In this document: positions 25,764 through 36,516 of the stretch, piece after piece
Layout: every line of letters begins with the position of its first letter
Position numbering within the stretch: position 1 is the stretch's first letter
The notes under the pieces: generated by a model
Seen by the model: the letters and a program-made list of their open reading frames with translations, nothing else
Told to the model about the DNA's origin: nothing
Database searches by the model: none
Made by a program: the position numbers and the translations under genes
DNA from: Candidatus Zixiibacteriota bacterium
GTDB taxonomy: Bacteria; Zixibacteria; MSB-5A5; GN15; FEB-12
NCBI GenBank assembly: GCA_049290195.1
Contig: JBATNE010000165.1
Span: 1,074 to 65,073, forward strand
Reading direction: 5' to 3'
DNA length: 64,000 nt

Positions 25764-28700
25764 TCACTCAGCCGGCAGTTCGCTGCCTGGCGCCGGAGCC
25801 TTTTTGGAGGTCAGGAAAGTATAGAGCGCTGGAATGACATACAGGGTCAAGCCGAGCGAAAACAAGAGGCCGCCAATAATAACGATTCCCATCGAAACGC
25901 GGCTCTTGGCCGCGGCACCGAGCGCCAGCGCAATCGGCAGCACGCCGAATGCGGTCGCCAGACTGGTCATCAGAATCGGGCGGAACCGCTGAGTCGCGGC
26001 ATCGATGACCGCCTCCTTGACGCTCAGCCCCTGCGTTTTGCGCTGGTTGGCGAATTCCACAATCAAGATGCCGTTCTTGGTGACAATACCTATAAGAGCG
26101 ATGATGCCGATCTGGCTGAAGATGTTAAACGTCTGGCGGAAGAGCCAGAGTGAGAGTACCGCGCCGGCCACCGCCAGCGGAACGGTGAACATGATCGTGA
26201 GTGGATCGCGGAAACTCTCGAACTGAGCCGAGAGAATCAGATAGACCAGAATCAGCGCCAACAAAAAGGCGAACAGGAGCGTGTTCGAACTCTCGGAATA
26301 TTCCTTGGCGGTTCCGGCCAGACTGGTAGAGAATGATTCATCGAGTGTCGATGCCGCAATCTTGTCCATTTCATCGATTGCCTGGCCGAGCGTGTGTCCC
26401 GGCGATGGTGATGCCATGACGGTCGCGGCCACATATCGATTGAACCGGAACAATTGTGGCGGACTGCTTCGGTACGACATCTTGACAATATTGTCCAGCT
26501 GCACCAGCTGCCCCCGGCTGTTGCGCACGTAGACCGATCCAAGGTCCGCCGGTTGATCCCGGTCCGCTCGATCCGCCTGCGCAATCACCGAGTACTGCTT
26601 GCCGTTCAACAGAAAATATCCATACCGTTGGCCGCTGAAGAAGAGCTGAAGCGTCTGGGCAATATCACGAACGGTCACACCCAGCGCGCGGGCGCGATCC
26701 CGGTCGATTTCAATCGTCATCTCCGGCTTGTTGAATTTCAGGTCGATATCCACAACCTGAAACGTGGGATCGGCCTGCGCCTTTTCCATGAATACCGGAA
26801 TCACCTTCCGAAGTTTCTCCAGTGTCGGCGCCTGGATGACATACTGGACCGGCAGGGTGCGGCCACGTCCCCCACCACCAATAGTCTGCTCCTGGGTAAC
26901 ATAGGCGCGGGCGAACGTAAAGTCCTTGAGCTGACCGGACAACGCATCTGCGACTTGCTGCTGAGTCCTCTCCCTCTTGTCCGGCGGCACCAGGGTCACG
27001 CGAATGAATCCGCTGTTCACCGCGCCGGTTCCTCCTCCTGCGGCAGTCACCGAAATGATGACGTCCTTCTCCGGAAGCGAGTCCACCAGATCAATCAGCC
27101 CACCCATGTACTTGTACATGGCGTCGTAGGCAGTCCCTTCGGGAGCGGTTGCCTGGATCATCACGCGCCCCTTGTCTTCCATGGGAGAGAGCTCCGATGG
27201 AATCAGCATACCGAGCCCGAGGATGATCGCCAGCGAGGCCAGCATGATAATTGGGGCCAGCCAGCGGCGCTCCACAAACGTCCGCAGCGATCGATGATAC
27301 GCGCTGATCAGACTATTGAACCAGCGCTCGCTCATCTCAAAGAACTTGCTCTCGTGCGCCGGCTTATGCAAAGTGCGGGCACTCATCATGGGAGTGAGCG
27401 TGAGAGACACAAATGCCGAGATGAGCACCGATCCGGCCACCACAATGCCAAATTCGCGGAACAGCCGTCCCGTCAATCCCTGAAGGAAAATGATCGGTAG
27501 GAACACCGAGGCCAGTGTAATGGTGGTCGATACGATCGCAAAGATGATTTCCTTTGACCCGCGATGCCCCGCTTCGATCGGGTCCATGCCCGCTTCGATC
27601 TTCTTGTAAATATTCTCCAGCACGACGATGGCATCATCGACCACAATTCCGGTCGAGAGAACGATTCCGAGCAGGGTGAGAATGTTGATCGAGAACCCGG
27701 CGACATACATGATAAAGAACGAGCCGATAAGCGAAATCGGAATTGCCAGCATCGGGATAACCGTCGTTCGCCAGTGGCGCAAAAACAGGAAGATAACCAG
27801 GAGAACCAGAAGGAATGCAATAGCGATGGTCTCGACAACCTCGGTAATCGCCCGCCGGATATTGGCGGTCGTGTCCTGAGCGATATTCAGGTGAAGGTCC
27901 TCGGGCAGTTCCTTCTTGATGACCTCAATGCGGCGGTAAAATTCATCGGCGATAGCAATGTGGTTTGCGCCCGGTTGCGGAATCAAATTGACCCCGACCA
28001 TCGGAATCGCGCCGTTTCCTCTCAGGAGTGATCGTTCGTTCTCAGGCGCCAGAACCGCCCGGCCGACATCGCGGAACTTTACAACCGAGCCTTCCGACTC
28101 TCTGATAATCAGTTCGTTGAACTCTTCCGGTGTCGATAGGCGTCCGAACGTCCGGATGGAGAGTTCAGTGTGATATCCTTCGATGCGTCCCGAGGGAAGT
28201 TCCACATTCTCACGATCCAGAGCAGTACGGACATCCAGGGGCGTCAAATCGTGTGCGGCCAGTTTATTTGGATCGATTAAGAGCTTGATGGCGTACCGCT
28301 TCTCCCCCCACAGGTCGACACTGCTGACCCCCGGAATCGTCTGAAGACGTTCTTTGAACAGATCGTTGGCGACAGCGGAGAGTTCAAGCAGGGAGCGCTT
28401 GTCGCTCTGAAGCGTCATGGAGAGAATCGGATTGGCGTCGGCGTCGGCTTTGGAGACCGTGGGCGGATCGGCATCGACCGGAATGTCATGCACCGCCTGC
28501 GAAACCCGGTCACGGACATCGTTGGCCGCAACTTCCATGTCGACTCCGAGCTGGAACTCAACCGAAATGCGGCTGCGGCCGTCGCTGCTCTGCGAGGTCA
28601 GTGAGCGAATGCCGGCAATGCCGTTGATCGATGATTCCAGCGGCTCGGTGATCTGCGATTCGATAACATCGGCGTTGGCGCCGGTGTAACTGGTGCTGAC

Positions 28701-28838
28701 GGTAATAATCGGGGGATCGACACTGGGAAATTCGCGCACTCCGAGAAACAGAAATCCAATTGCGCCAAACAGGACAATCAGGATGGAGAGCACGATCGAG
28801 AGAACCGGCCGATTGATACTGGTTGACGATAGGTTCAT
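25764..28838 (-). CDS. Efflux RND transporter permease (AcrB/HAE1-like)
   Basis: 1024 aa with N-terminus SINRPVLSIVLSILIVLFG, a 12-TM RND layout and the segment GIVVDDAIVVLENI. Confidence 0.92.
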   Translation of the reverse strand: MNLSSTSINRPVLSIVLSILIVLFGAIGFLFLGVREFPSVDPPIITVSTSYTGANADVIESQITEPLESSINGIAGIRSLTSQSSDGRSRISVEFQLGVDMEVAANDVRDRVSQAVHDIPVDADPPTVSKADADANPILSMTLQSDKRSLLELSAVANDLFKERLQTIPGVSSVDLWGEKRYAIKLLIDPNKLAAHDLTPLDVRTALDRENVELPSGRIEGYHTELSIRTFGRLSTPEEFNELIIRESEGSVVKFRDVGRAVLAPENERSLLRGNGAIPMVGVNLIPQPGANHIAIADEFYRRIEVIKKELPEDLHLNIAQDTTANIRRAITEVVETIAIAFLLVLLVIFLFLRHWRTTVIPMLAIPISLIGSFFIMYVAGFSINILTLLGIVLSTGIVVDDAIVVLENIYKKIEAGMDPIEAGHRGSKEIIFAIVSTTITLASVFLPIIFLQGLTGRLFREFGIVVAGSVLISAFVSLTLTPMMSARTLHKPAHESKFFEMSERWFNSLISAYHRSLRTFVERRWLAPIIMLASLAIILGLGMLIPSELSPMEDKGRVMIQATAPEGTAYDAMYKYMGGLIDLVDSLPEKDVIISVTAAGGGTGAVNSGFIRVTLVPPDKRERTQQQVADALSGQLKDFTFARAYVTQEQTIGGGGRGRTLPVQYVIQAPTLEKLRKVIPVFMEKAQADPTFQVVDIDLKFNKPEMTIEIDRDRARALGVTVRDIAQTLQLFFSGQRYGYFLLNGKQYSVIAQADRADRDQPADLGSVYVRNSRGQLVQLDNIVKMSYRSSPPQLFRFNRYVAATVMASPSPGHTLGQAIDEMDKIAASTLDESFSTSLAGTAKEYSESSNTLLFAFLLALILVYLILSAQFESFRDPLTIMFTVPLAVAGAVLSLWLFRQTFNIFSQIGIIALIGIVTKNGILIVEFANQRKTQGLSVKEAVIDAATQRFRPILMTSLATAFGVLPIALALGAAAKSRVSMGIVIIGGLLFSLGLTLYVIPALYTFLTSKKAPAPGSELPAE

Positions 28839-28850
28839 GGGTGCGACAGA

Positions 28851-29927
28851 CTAGTTGGTTCGAATGTTCTTTACCTGAACTGCTTTTCCGCCCGTCAATT
28901 GTAGAATCCCGGTTACAATAAGCGTATCGTTGGGTGAAAGGCCGGAAATGACCTGCGTGCCGGTCTCGGTCCTGATCCCGGTCCTGACGACCACAGACTT
29001 GGCTTTGCCGTTGTCACACAGAAAGACCGACTCTCCGCTGACATCCGGAATCACTGCTTCGGACGGAACGACCAGAGCATCGGTCAGCACTTCCAGTGTG
29101 ATATCAACCTTCGCAAAAGAGCCGGGAATGAACATATCATCCGGATTCGCCAATTTGGCTCGTGCCTTAATCGTCCGTGTATCAGGATCTATTTTCGATT
29201 CCACCGCGTAGACCTCCCCTTTGACCCCGTCGGGAGCATCGCCGGTCTTAACCGTAATTTCCGTTCCGCTCTTGAGCTTGCCGGCATGTTTCTCCGGCAC
29301 CGCAAATTCGACCTTCATCGTATTGACATCCTGCATGGTCGCGACTTCGACAGCGGGAGTAACATATCCCCCCTCGCTGACATGCCGGAGCCCGATCTTG
29401 CCGTCGAACGGCGCCCGGATTTCTGTCTCCGCAAGCTGTGATTCAATCCCTTCGCGGGCCGCCTGCACCATGTGAAGGGAGTTCAGCGCCTTGTCATATT
29501 CTTCCTGACTGATCGCTTTGGATTCGAACAGCTTCCGCTTCCGCATTTCCTCGTCCGATGCCTGCTTTTCCTCTGCCTGCTTCCCTTTGAGTTCCGCCTT
29601 CAACTCCGTGTCGTTGATCTTGAGGAGTAACTCCCCTTTGCGAACTTTCTTTCCTTCCTGGAAGTAGACGCCGGTCACGCGTCCGGAAATCTCCGGCCGG
29701 AGCGTCACTTCTTCGTTGGCCATCAACGTGCCGGTGGTGGAAATGGCATTCCGAAGCGGCTGTGGAGTAATCACAACTACTTCCACCGGAACCGCCGCTT
29801 TGGCGCTCGCTCGCGCCGCGCCGCTGTTTCCCTTACTGCAAGCGAAAGGGAGCGAACCGGCAATGGCAATGGCAATGGCAAGAAATGCGAGTGGGAATCG
29901 TCTGCTGGAGGTCAAAATGTACTTCAT
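28851..29927 (-). CDS. Efflux RND periplasmic adaptor lipoprotein (AcrA-like)
   Basis: Lipobox-like LPFAC, then HlyD-type lipoyl, hairpin and beta-barrel segments (LRPEISGRVTGVYFQEGKKVRKGELLLKI, IRAPFDGKIG). It lies 12 nt upstream of the permease gene. Confidence 0.88.
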   Translation of the reverse strand: MKYILTSSRRFPLAFLAIAIAIAGSLPFACSKGNSGAARASAKAAVPVEVVVITPQPLRNAISTTGTLMANEEVTLRPEISGRVTGVYFQEGKKVRKGELLLKINDTELKAELKGKQAEEKQASDEEMRKRKLFESKAISQEEYDKALNSLHMVQAAREGIESQLAETEIRAPFDGKIGLRHVSEGGYVTPAVEVATMQDVNTMKVEFAVPEKHAGKLKSGTEITVKTGDAPDGVKGEVYAVESKIDPDTRTIKARAKLANPDDMFIPGSFAKVDITLEVLTDALVVPSEAVIPDVSGESVFLCDNGKAKSVVVRTGIRTETGTQVISGLSPNDTLIVTGILQLTGGKAVQVKNIRTN

Positions 29928-30212
29928 AGATAGTGAAGTCTAGCCCTAATGCCCCCTCTCGGCAAGTGGATTCTTGACCGGACAACGGCAATGCTCAGTA
30001 TTGGGGCGGTTCTCTCTCGTCGGCTCGTCATCCAGACGGATCAACCCTGTAGACTCTATCCTTGTAGCACCGTAGTGACTATTGCGTTCCATTTTCGGGC
30101 CCGATTCGCGACAATTCGGCTGATCGTTGCCATTGAGACCCATCGGTTGACCGGGATCAATTAAAGTGCTACCATCTCCCAAGCGCCGCTGAATCGGCCC
30201 CAAGGAGATCAT

Positions 30213-31577
30213 ATGAAATTGCAGCTGTTATTACTCGTTTCCATCGTAACAATCTATTCGACCCCTGGTGACGCTCAAACCGACTCATCCGGCAAGTCAA
30301 TCGACCGTGCCAGGCTGGCCTCCGACGTCCGGACTGAGTTTCTGCACGCCTGGAACGGATACAAACAGTATGCCTGGGGACACGATGATCTCAAGCCGCT
30401 GAGTAAGAGCTACCATGACTGGCACACCGTCCCGCTCTACATGACTGCGGTCGATGCCATGGATGCCCTGACCATCATGGGGTTTGATGACGAAGCGAAA
30501 GCAGACCGGGAATACGTCGCGACGCACCTGACGTTCGACCATGATATCGAAGTGAAGAATTTTGAGATCACCATCCGCATTCTCGGGGCACTGGTGACGA
30601 ATTACCAGCTGACCAAAGACGAACGATTGCTGGCTCTGGCCAAAGATCTCGGCAAACGGCTCTTGCCGGTATTCGCTTCCCCCACCGGCATGCCGTATGG
30701 CTACGTCAATCTCAAGACTGGTAAGGTGCGGGGCAACGTCACCAATCCGGCCGAGATCGGAACTCTCCTGATCGAATTTGGCACCCTCAGCAAACTGACC
30801 GGCGATACCATTTTCTTCAACAAGGCCAAGTCGGCGCTGGTCGCGCTCTACAACCGACGTTCCCCGCTTGGTCTGGTTGGTTCGCAGATCAATGTCGAAA
30901 CCGGCCAGTGGGTGGATTCATCGAGCCACCTGAGCGGCGGAATCGATTCCTATTACGAATATCTGCTCAAATGTTCCCGCCTGTTCAGCGACTCCGCCTG
31001 CGCCGATATGTGGAAGACCAGCATCGCAGCCGTCCATACCTATCTTGCCCACGACAGCAACGGCGTGCTCAATTATCGCGTCGTCAATATGTACACCGGC
31101 AAACCGATCGAGAACTACACCGGCGCGCTCGACGCCTTCTTCCCTGCCGTGCTGGCGCTTTCCGGCGATACCGCTCGCGCACGGCGGCTCGAAGAATCGT
31201 TCTACAAGATCTGGACCACGTTTGGCATTGAACCGGAAGGGCTGGACTACGTCACCATGAAAGTGCAGTACCCCGGCTATCCGCTTCGACCGGAAATTAT
31301 CGAATCCGCCTTTTATCTGCACTATTACACGGGCGATCCCAGGTATCTTCAGATGGGTCAGACCTTCTTCGAAAGTCTGAAGAAGTACTGCCGAAACGAC
31401 GTCGGCTATGCCACGCTGAAAGACGTCACGACCAAAGTGCAGTCTGATGAAATGGAAAGCTTCTTCCTCGCGGAGACCATGAAGTATCTCTATCTCCTGT
31501 TCGCTCCGCGCGAGACCCTTGACCTGGAGAAGAGTGTATTCAATACCGAGGCACACCCGGTCGTGAAATCCTGGTAA
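30213..31577 (+). CDS. Secreted glycoside hydrolase family 47 (class I alpha-1,2-mannosidase-like)
   Basis: Signal peptide MKLQLLLLVSIVTIYSTPGDAQ. GH47 hallmarks: HAWNGYKQYAWGHDDLKPLS, FEITIRILGAL, GGIDSYYEYLLK, LRPEIIESAFYLHYYTGD, FFLAETMKYLYLLF. Confidence 0.85.
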   Translation: MKLQLLLLVSIVTIYSTPGDAQTDSSGKSIDRARLASDVRTEFLHAWNGYKQYAWGHDDLKPLSKSYHDWHTVPLYMTAVDAMDALTIMGFDDEAKADREYVATHLTFDHDIEVKNFEITIRILGALVTNYQLTKDERLLALAKDLGKRLLPVFASPTGMPYGYVNLKTGKVRGNVTNPAEIGTLLIEFGTLSKLTGDTIFFNKAKSALVALYNRRSPLGLVGSQINVETGQWVDSSSHLSGGIDSYYEYLLKCSRLFSDSACADMWKTSIAAVHTYLAHDSNGVLNYRVVNMYTGKPIENYTGALDAFFPAVLALSGDTARARRLEESFYKIWTTFGIEPEGLDYVTMKVQYPGYPLRPEIIESAFYLHYYTGDPRYLQMGQTFFESLKKYCRNDVGYATLKDVTTKVQSDEMESFFLAETMKYLYLLFAPRETLDLEKSVFNTEAHPVVKSW

Positions 31578-31671
31578 ATCGAATTTTCGGCTCGTGTGAT
31601 TCCACGGCTTGCCGATTTGACGGTCTCTGCTATATTGATCCGGTCGGCGAGATGTTCGATCAAGGCAATCC

Positions 31672-32817
31672 ATGAATAAAGTCGTCACCGAAACCAGCAG
31701 CCTCTTTATCAGAATTATCCCCTCGCGCAGGACGCGATGGCTTGCGCTGGTTTGCTTTTGGTCGGCGATTTCGTTCCTGTCCGCAATCCACTGGCGCCTG
31801 TTCACTCCGCCGGGCGACCCCTGGACCTGGTGGGGACTGGTCTGGATCAAACATGTGGTCTGGTTCACCTGGGGGTTTCTCGCCACACCGCTGATCCTCT
31901 GGCTGGGCCACAAATTTCGACTGGAATGGACCAACTGGCCGCGCCATCTCGCCGTGCTGATCATCTGCAGCGTGATCATGACCTCTGCCTATGTCCTCGC
32001 CTATGCCTGGCTTTTGACCGTGAATATCCAGATCCCGGCACTTGCCCAGTTCAATCGAATGCTCGATTTTACCCTCTTCCAGCACTCGACCTATTACTTC
32101 CTGGCGTTTTGGGGCACTGTCGGACTCGAACAGGGACTGTGGTACTACCGACGCTGGCACGAACGGGAAATGCAGTCATCGCAGCTCCGGGCCCAACTCG
32201 CGCAGGCACAGCTCCAGGCGCTCCGGTCGCAAATCCAGCCGCACTTTCTCTTCAACGTCCTCAATACGGTTTCATCAACCATTCTTGAGGGGGATACAAA
32301 CAAAGCGTACGATCTGACTGCCAAACTCGGAAACCTCCTTCGGATGAGCCTTGACCGGGGTGAGCATGATCGAATTCCGCTGCATCAAGAACGCGAACTG
32401 GTGGAATGTTATCTGGAGCTGGCATCGGCGAGATTTGGCGATCGCCTCGAAATTTCCCTCACCTGTGCACCGGAAACCACCACTCTCCTTGTCCCCTCGT
32501 TCGTCTTGCTCCCATTGGTCGAAAATTCGGTCAAACATGTCGTCTCACAGGTAAGCGGAAAGGTGAAGTTGAACATCCGATCATCCCTCTCAGGTGAGAA
32601 ACTCATCCTCGAAGTTGAAGACCTCCCTGAATCGACCCTCCGACCTGCGGCAGACTCTACCGGTACCGGCCGGGGATACCGATTAACCGAAGAGCGGCTC
32701 CGCTGGCTTTATTCTGACAATTATCTCTTTCAGACGACTCCCGGACCTCGGGGAGGTATGCTCGTTCATATAGAAATTCCGCGTGACGGCGTGGCGCCGG
32801 AAACGACGACCCGATGA
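31672..32817 (+). CDS. LytS/YehU-type sensor histidine kinase
   Basis: N-terminal polytopic membrane region, then the His_kinase motif LRSQIQPHFLFNVLNTVSS, and an HATPase region with LLPLVENSVKH. Confidence 0.85.
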   Translation: MNKVVTETSSLFIRIIPSRRTRWLALVCFWSAISFLSAIHWRLFTPPGDPWTWWGLVWIKHVVWFTWGFLATPLILWLGHKFRLEWTNWPRHLAVLIICSVIMTSAYVLAYAWLLTVNIQIPALAQFNRMLDFTLFQHSTYYFLAFWGTVGLEQGLWYYRRWHEREMQSSQLRAQLAQAQLQALRSQIQPHFLFNVLNTVSSTILEGDTNKAYDLTAKLGNLLRMSLDRGEHDRIPLHQERELVECYLELASARFGDRLEISLTCAPETTTLLVPSFVLLPLVENSVKHVVSQVSGKVKLNIRSSLSGEKLILEVEDLPESTLRPAADSTGTGRGYRLTEERLRWLYSDNYLFQTTPGPRGGMLVHIEIPRDGVAPETTTR

Positions 32818-33617
32818 CTCCGAAAGCGAAATCCCTCAGCGTACTGATTGTCGACGACGAAAGTCCGGCGCGCCGACTGCTCAAACGGCTGCTGCAGACC
32901 GATTCAGACTTGACAGTAATAGGGGAATGCGCCGATGGTCAGGACGCTGTTCGCGCAATTCTGGAGTTGAAGCCTGATCTTGTCTTCCTCGATATTCAGA
33001 TGCCCGGCATGGACGGGTTTGAAGTACTGCAAGAGCTCGGCAACACTCGGCTTCCCGCGATCATATTTGTAACGGCCTACGACCAGTACGCTGTAAAGGC
33101 GTTCGAAGCACACGCTTTGGACTACCTGCTCAAACCATTTACGCAGAAGCGGTTTTTCGATGCCCTGGCTCGGGCCAAAGAACTGACCGGTCAGCCAAAG
33201 GCGCCATACAGACAGCATCTCCGGACGCTTCTTCGGGATTGGCAACATCAGCCACCGGCCGACTCGTCGCAGGCAGCAAAGTCAGCTCAGGTCCATCGGA
33301 TTCTGGTCAAGTCAGGGAATGACATTATCAAGCTGAAGCTCGATGACATCATCTGGTTTGAGTCAGCCGATCACTTTGTGGTCGCCCACACAAGAAACGG
33401 CAAGCACCTCCTGTCCGAATCCCTGACCACCCTTGAGCAATCACTCCCCCCAGCCGGCTTTGTCCGAGTCCACCGCAGCGCAATCGTTAACCGCACCCAC
33501 GTCACTCGCGTCCTGGCCGGGCGATTCGGATCATCTTCGCTCGTCCTCAGTTCCGGCGCCAAGATCCGTGTCAGCCGGTCCCGTCGAACCGCGCTCAAAG
33601 ATCTGCTCAACCACTAG
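32814..33617 (+). CDS. LytR/AlgR-family (LytTR DNA-binding) response regulator
   Basis: Receiver motifs [21 protein letters not shown] and LLKPF. C-terminal LytTR motifs [15 protein letters not shown]...[11 protein letters not shown]. It overlaps the kinase gene by 4 nt. Confidence 0.9.
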   Translation: MTPKAKSLSVLIVDDESPARRLLKRLLQTDSDLTVIGECADGQDAVRAILELKPDLVFLDIQMPGMDGFEVLQELGNTRLPAIIFVTAYDQYAVKAFEAHALDYLLKPFTQKRFFDALARAKELTGQPKAPYRQHLRTLLRDWQHQPPADSSQAAKSAQVHRILVKSGNDIIKLKLDDIIWFESADHFVVAHTRNGKHLLSESLTTLEQSLPPAGFVRVHRSAIVNRTHVTRVLAGRFGSSSLVLSSGAKIRVSRSRRTALKDLLNH

Positions 33618-33810
33618 ATCTCGACTTCAATCCTGTTTCCCATGCCATTCGCGCACCCGGTGTGTCATTCGCGAATCAGCATCGTTCATATCGCTGATCC
33701 CTGCGTTATTTGATCACACGGGCCCATCTACCGAACATGGCGCCCGCAAAAGTCACCGGCGGGAATCGCTGCCGGCATCAACCAGAAATCAATACAACAT
33801 CTCCAGGAGA

Positions 33811-35799
33811 ATGGCGGTGGATATGCGCAAGACAATAGTTAACCAACACCTGTATCTGGTGGCGGCGATAGTGCTGACTATCGCGGCAATGGGAATCCGG
33901 TCAGAGGCTCAGACCTTTGTCGCTGTCTCTGACAGCCTGGCCCCAATCAACAGCGATCCTGTGACCGGTCAATATGTCGGTTGCGCCTGGGTCGACTACG
34001 ATAACGACGGCTGGCAGGACGCCTTCATGGTGACCTCCGGCGGGTGCGATCTGTATCACAATAATGGCGACGGATCTTTCACCCATATCACCTCTCCGTT
34101 CGAGTCCGACCATACGTTCTATCGCGGCGTCAGCTTCGGCGACTATGACAACGATGGCTGGACTGACTGCTTTGTCGCCGGTGAAAAAGGGACGCTGTAC
34201 CGCAATAATAACGGCGTCTTTGTCGCCGCCGCTTCTGGCGATTTTGCCACCAGTGTCGAGTCGGCCGGGTGGAGCCCATGCTGGGGGGATTATGACAACG
34301 ATGGCAATATCGACCTCTACATCACCCTCCCCAACGGCTTCATGCAACTCGGAACGAGCCGCCCGAGCCGCCTGTACCACAACGATGGTCCTCCCAACTA
34401 TACGTTCACCCGGATTGATACCGGCGCCGTTTCGACCGTGTCGGCACCCTATACGTCCGGTAACTGGACTGACTTCGACCAGGATGGCGATCTCGATCTC
34501 TTTGTCGGAACCGGTCCTGCCAATGCGGCCGGCGGAAAGGACTATCTCTACCGGAACAACCTGAAGGAAACCGGTCATGTCGGATTCACCCGAATAACAA
34601 CCGGCGTCATGGCGACTGATAACGCCGATGGTCAGGTCTGGAACATGATAGACTATGACAACGATGGCGATTTCGACGGCTTCCGCACCAATTGGGGAGG
34701 AGCCAATCCCGCTCTCAGGAAGAACAACCTCTATCGCAATGACAGCGGCACTTATGTGAAAGTTACGACCGATCCGATTTCCACCGAGGCGCTTGTTTCT
34801 CTCGGGCAGGTCTGGGAAGATTTCGATAACGATGGCGACCTGGACTGTTTCGTGGCCCAGGACAACACCGGTGACAGCTATTTCCGCAATAACGGCGACG
34901 GAACGTTTACCGAACTGGCTGACCCGGTGATAAGCAATGTCGGTGCCTCAACCTGGGGCTGCGCCGCCGCCGACTACGACAACGATGGCCGGGTGGATTT
35001 GCTCGTGGCCGGTGGAACAGGAAATCGAACGTTACTTCAAAACACAACGACCGGCACCAACGGTTGGCTCGAAGTCAACCCGGTTGGCGTGATCTCAAAT
35101 CATGCCGGAATAGGCGTGCGAATCAGAATCAAAGCGACCATCTTCGGAAATAGCATCTGGCAAATCCGGGAGATCTCGGCGCAAAACAGTTTCCTCGGAC
35201 ACAGCAGCCTGCGCGCTCATTTTGGTTTGGGGGACGCAACCGTTATCGATTCCCTGATCGCAATCTGGCCTTCCGGTCACCGGAGTGTGATGACCGGCGT
35301 TACTCTCAACCAACTGATAACTATTACCGAGTGCACCGGGCCGGACTCGGACAGTGATGGATTCCCCGATGACTGCGACAACTGCCCATCGATCTCCAAC
35401 CCGAACCAGCTGGACACGGACAACGATGGTGTTGGCGACGTGTGCGATAATTGTCCCGTGATCCCCAACACCGTACAGATCGACACCGACCTCGATGGTC
35501 ACGGCGATGCCTGTGACAACTGCCCCACCAAACCAAATCCCACTCAGGCCGACTCCAACCACGACGGAATTGGTGATGCCTGCTGCTGTATCGGTGTGAC
35601 TGGAAACGTGAATAGCCTGGGTTCGGTGGATCTCGCTGATTTGAGCGCCCTCGTCAGCTATCTTGCCGGCGGCGGGTTCACTCTTGGCTGCGCCGCAGAA
35701 GCAAACGTCAACGGCTCCGGCGCAGTGGATCTTGCGGACCTGAGTGCTCTGGTCAATTACTTGACCGGTGGAGGCTTTTCGCTGCCCGCCTGCCCGTGA
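33811..35799 (+). CDS. Secreted FG-GAP/VCBS beta-propeller (CRTAC1/ASPIC-UnbV-like) protein with thrombospondin type-3 repeats and dockerin-like C-terminal twin module
   Basis: Seven Ca-binding-loop-like motifs of type [18 protein letters not shown]. UnbV-like segment [10 protein letters not shown]...SGHRSV. Three TSP3-like repeats CDNCPxxxNxxQxDxDxDGxGDxCD. The tail is [28 protein letters not shown]... repeated twice. The start is ambiguous (ATG 33811, GTG 33817 or ATG 33823), and the ORF opens at 33433 inside the previous gene. Confidence 0.8.
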   Translation: MAVDMRKTIVNQHLYLVAAIVLTIAAMGIRSEAQTFVAVSDSLAPINSDPVTGQYVGCAWVDYDNDGWQDAFMVTSGGCDLYHNNGDGSFTHITSPFESDHTFYRGVSFGDYDNDGWTDCFVAGEKGTLYRNNNGVFVAAASGDFATSVESAGWSPCWGDYDNDGNIDLYITLPNGFMQLGTSRPSRLYHNDGPPNYTFTRIDTGAVSTVSAPYTSGNWTDFDQDGDLDLFVGTGPANAAGGKDYLYRNNLKETGHVGFTRITTGVMATDNADGQVWNMIDYDNDGDFDGFRTNWGGANPALRKNNLYRNDSGTYVKVTTDPISTEALVSLGQVWEDFDNDGDLDCFVAQDNTGDSYFRNNGDGTFTELADPVISNVGASTWGCAAADYDNDGRVDLLVAGGTGNRTLLQNTTTGTNGWLEVNPVGVISNHAGIGVRIRIKATIFGNSIWQIREISAQNSFLGHSSLRAHFGLGDATVIDSLIAIWPSGHRSVMTGVTLNQLITITECTGPDSDSDGFPDDCDNCPSISNPNQLDTDNDGVGDVCDNCPVIPNTVQIDTDLDGHGDACDNCPTKPNPTQADSNHDGIGDACCCIGVTGNVNSLGSVDLADLSALVSYLAGGGFTLGCAAEANVNGSGAVDLADLSALVNYLTGGGFSLPACP

Positions 35800-35930
35800 T
35801 CCAACTCGCATTCGCCCCTCAACCGGTCCAGGCTGTGCACGGAACCTTTTCTCTTTGGTGGAAGTTACAGTGGGCAGGACCGCCGATGCGCTCCTCTGCA
35901 CCTTCACCAGACATTCGGAAAGGGTTGAAT

Positions 35931-36419
35931 ATGGAACCGTCGCACAAAGACGAGACGTCAAAATCCGCTACCGCGTTCGTGCCGGCAGGACAGGATAAAT
36001 TCGGACACCATCGCGGCCTCGGCATCAGTGTCATTCAATTCAAACTCACCCTTCCCGGCAACGATGACATCTTCATTCTGGAAAATGTCTTCAAGGGAAA
36101 AGGGGGTCCGCCCCGCCACGTTCATCCCCATCAGGACGAGTGGTTCTATGCTCTTGAAGGAACATTTGAGTTCGAGATCGGAACTGAGAAGATCAAACTG
36201 GGTGCGGGTGATTCGGTCACCGGACCACGGGGGATCCCACACGTCTGGGCATCGACAGGTGAAACCGGCGGCAGAATTCTGGTCGCGTTCTCCCCTGCCG
36301 GCAAGATGGAGGCGTTCTTTGCCGAAGTAACCAAGACCAACGCCATGCCCTCACAGGATCCAGCTCTCTGGCTCGCTCACGGCATGCAGGTGGTCGGTCC
36401 GCCTCTGCCCATTGCGTAG
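35931..36419 (+). CDS. Cupin domain protein
   Basis: Cupin motifs PPRHVHPHQDEWFYALEGTFEF and GIPHVWAS. ATG 35931 is chosen because the ORF's upstream extension is low-complexity and starts inside the stop codon of the previous gene. Confidence 0.72.
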   Translation: MEPSHKDETSKSATAFVPAGQDKFGHHRGLGISVIQFKLTLPGNDDIFILENVFKGKGGPPRHVHPHQDEWFYALEGTFEFEIGTEKIKLGAGDSVTGPRGIPHVWASTGETGGRILVAFSPAGKMEAFFAEVTKTNAMPSQDPALWLAHGMQVVGPPLPIA

Positions 36420-36516
36420 AGACATCTATGTATGTGAAGACCGCCGAACAAACCCGGAATCAGTTTCGTACTGGCGGTCTTAAATCCCTGATCGGAGTAG
36501 TTAATTTCTACTTCTA

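Noticed and set aside
33433-33810. N-terminal 126-codon extension of the FG-GAP/TSP3 ORF
   Set aside because: It overlaps the 3' end of the LytTR regulator gene in another frame and is Ser/Pro/Arg-rich. A signal peptide begins only after the ATG/GTG cluster at 33811-33823, next to an AGGAG.
35338-35580. Periodic DNA repeats that could be mistaken for a CRISPR-like or tandem-repeat array
   Set aside because: They are in frame and encode three thrombospondin type-3 Ca-binding repeats within a long ORF. The units are imperfect at the DNA level and lack unique spacers.
36437-36481. aagaccgcc…ggcggtctt 9-bp inverted repeat between the cupin and prolyl oligopeptidase genes, as a terminator
   Set aside because: The loop is 27 nt and no U-tract follows on either strand. 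It is possible but too weak to list as a feature.
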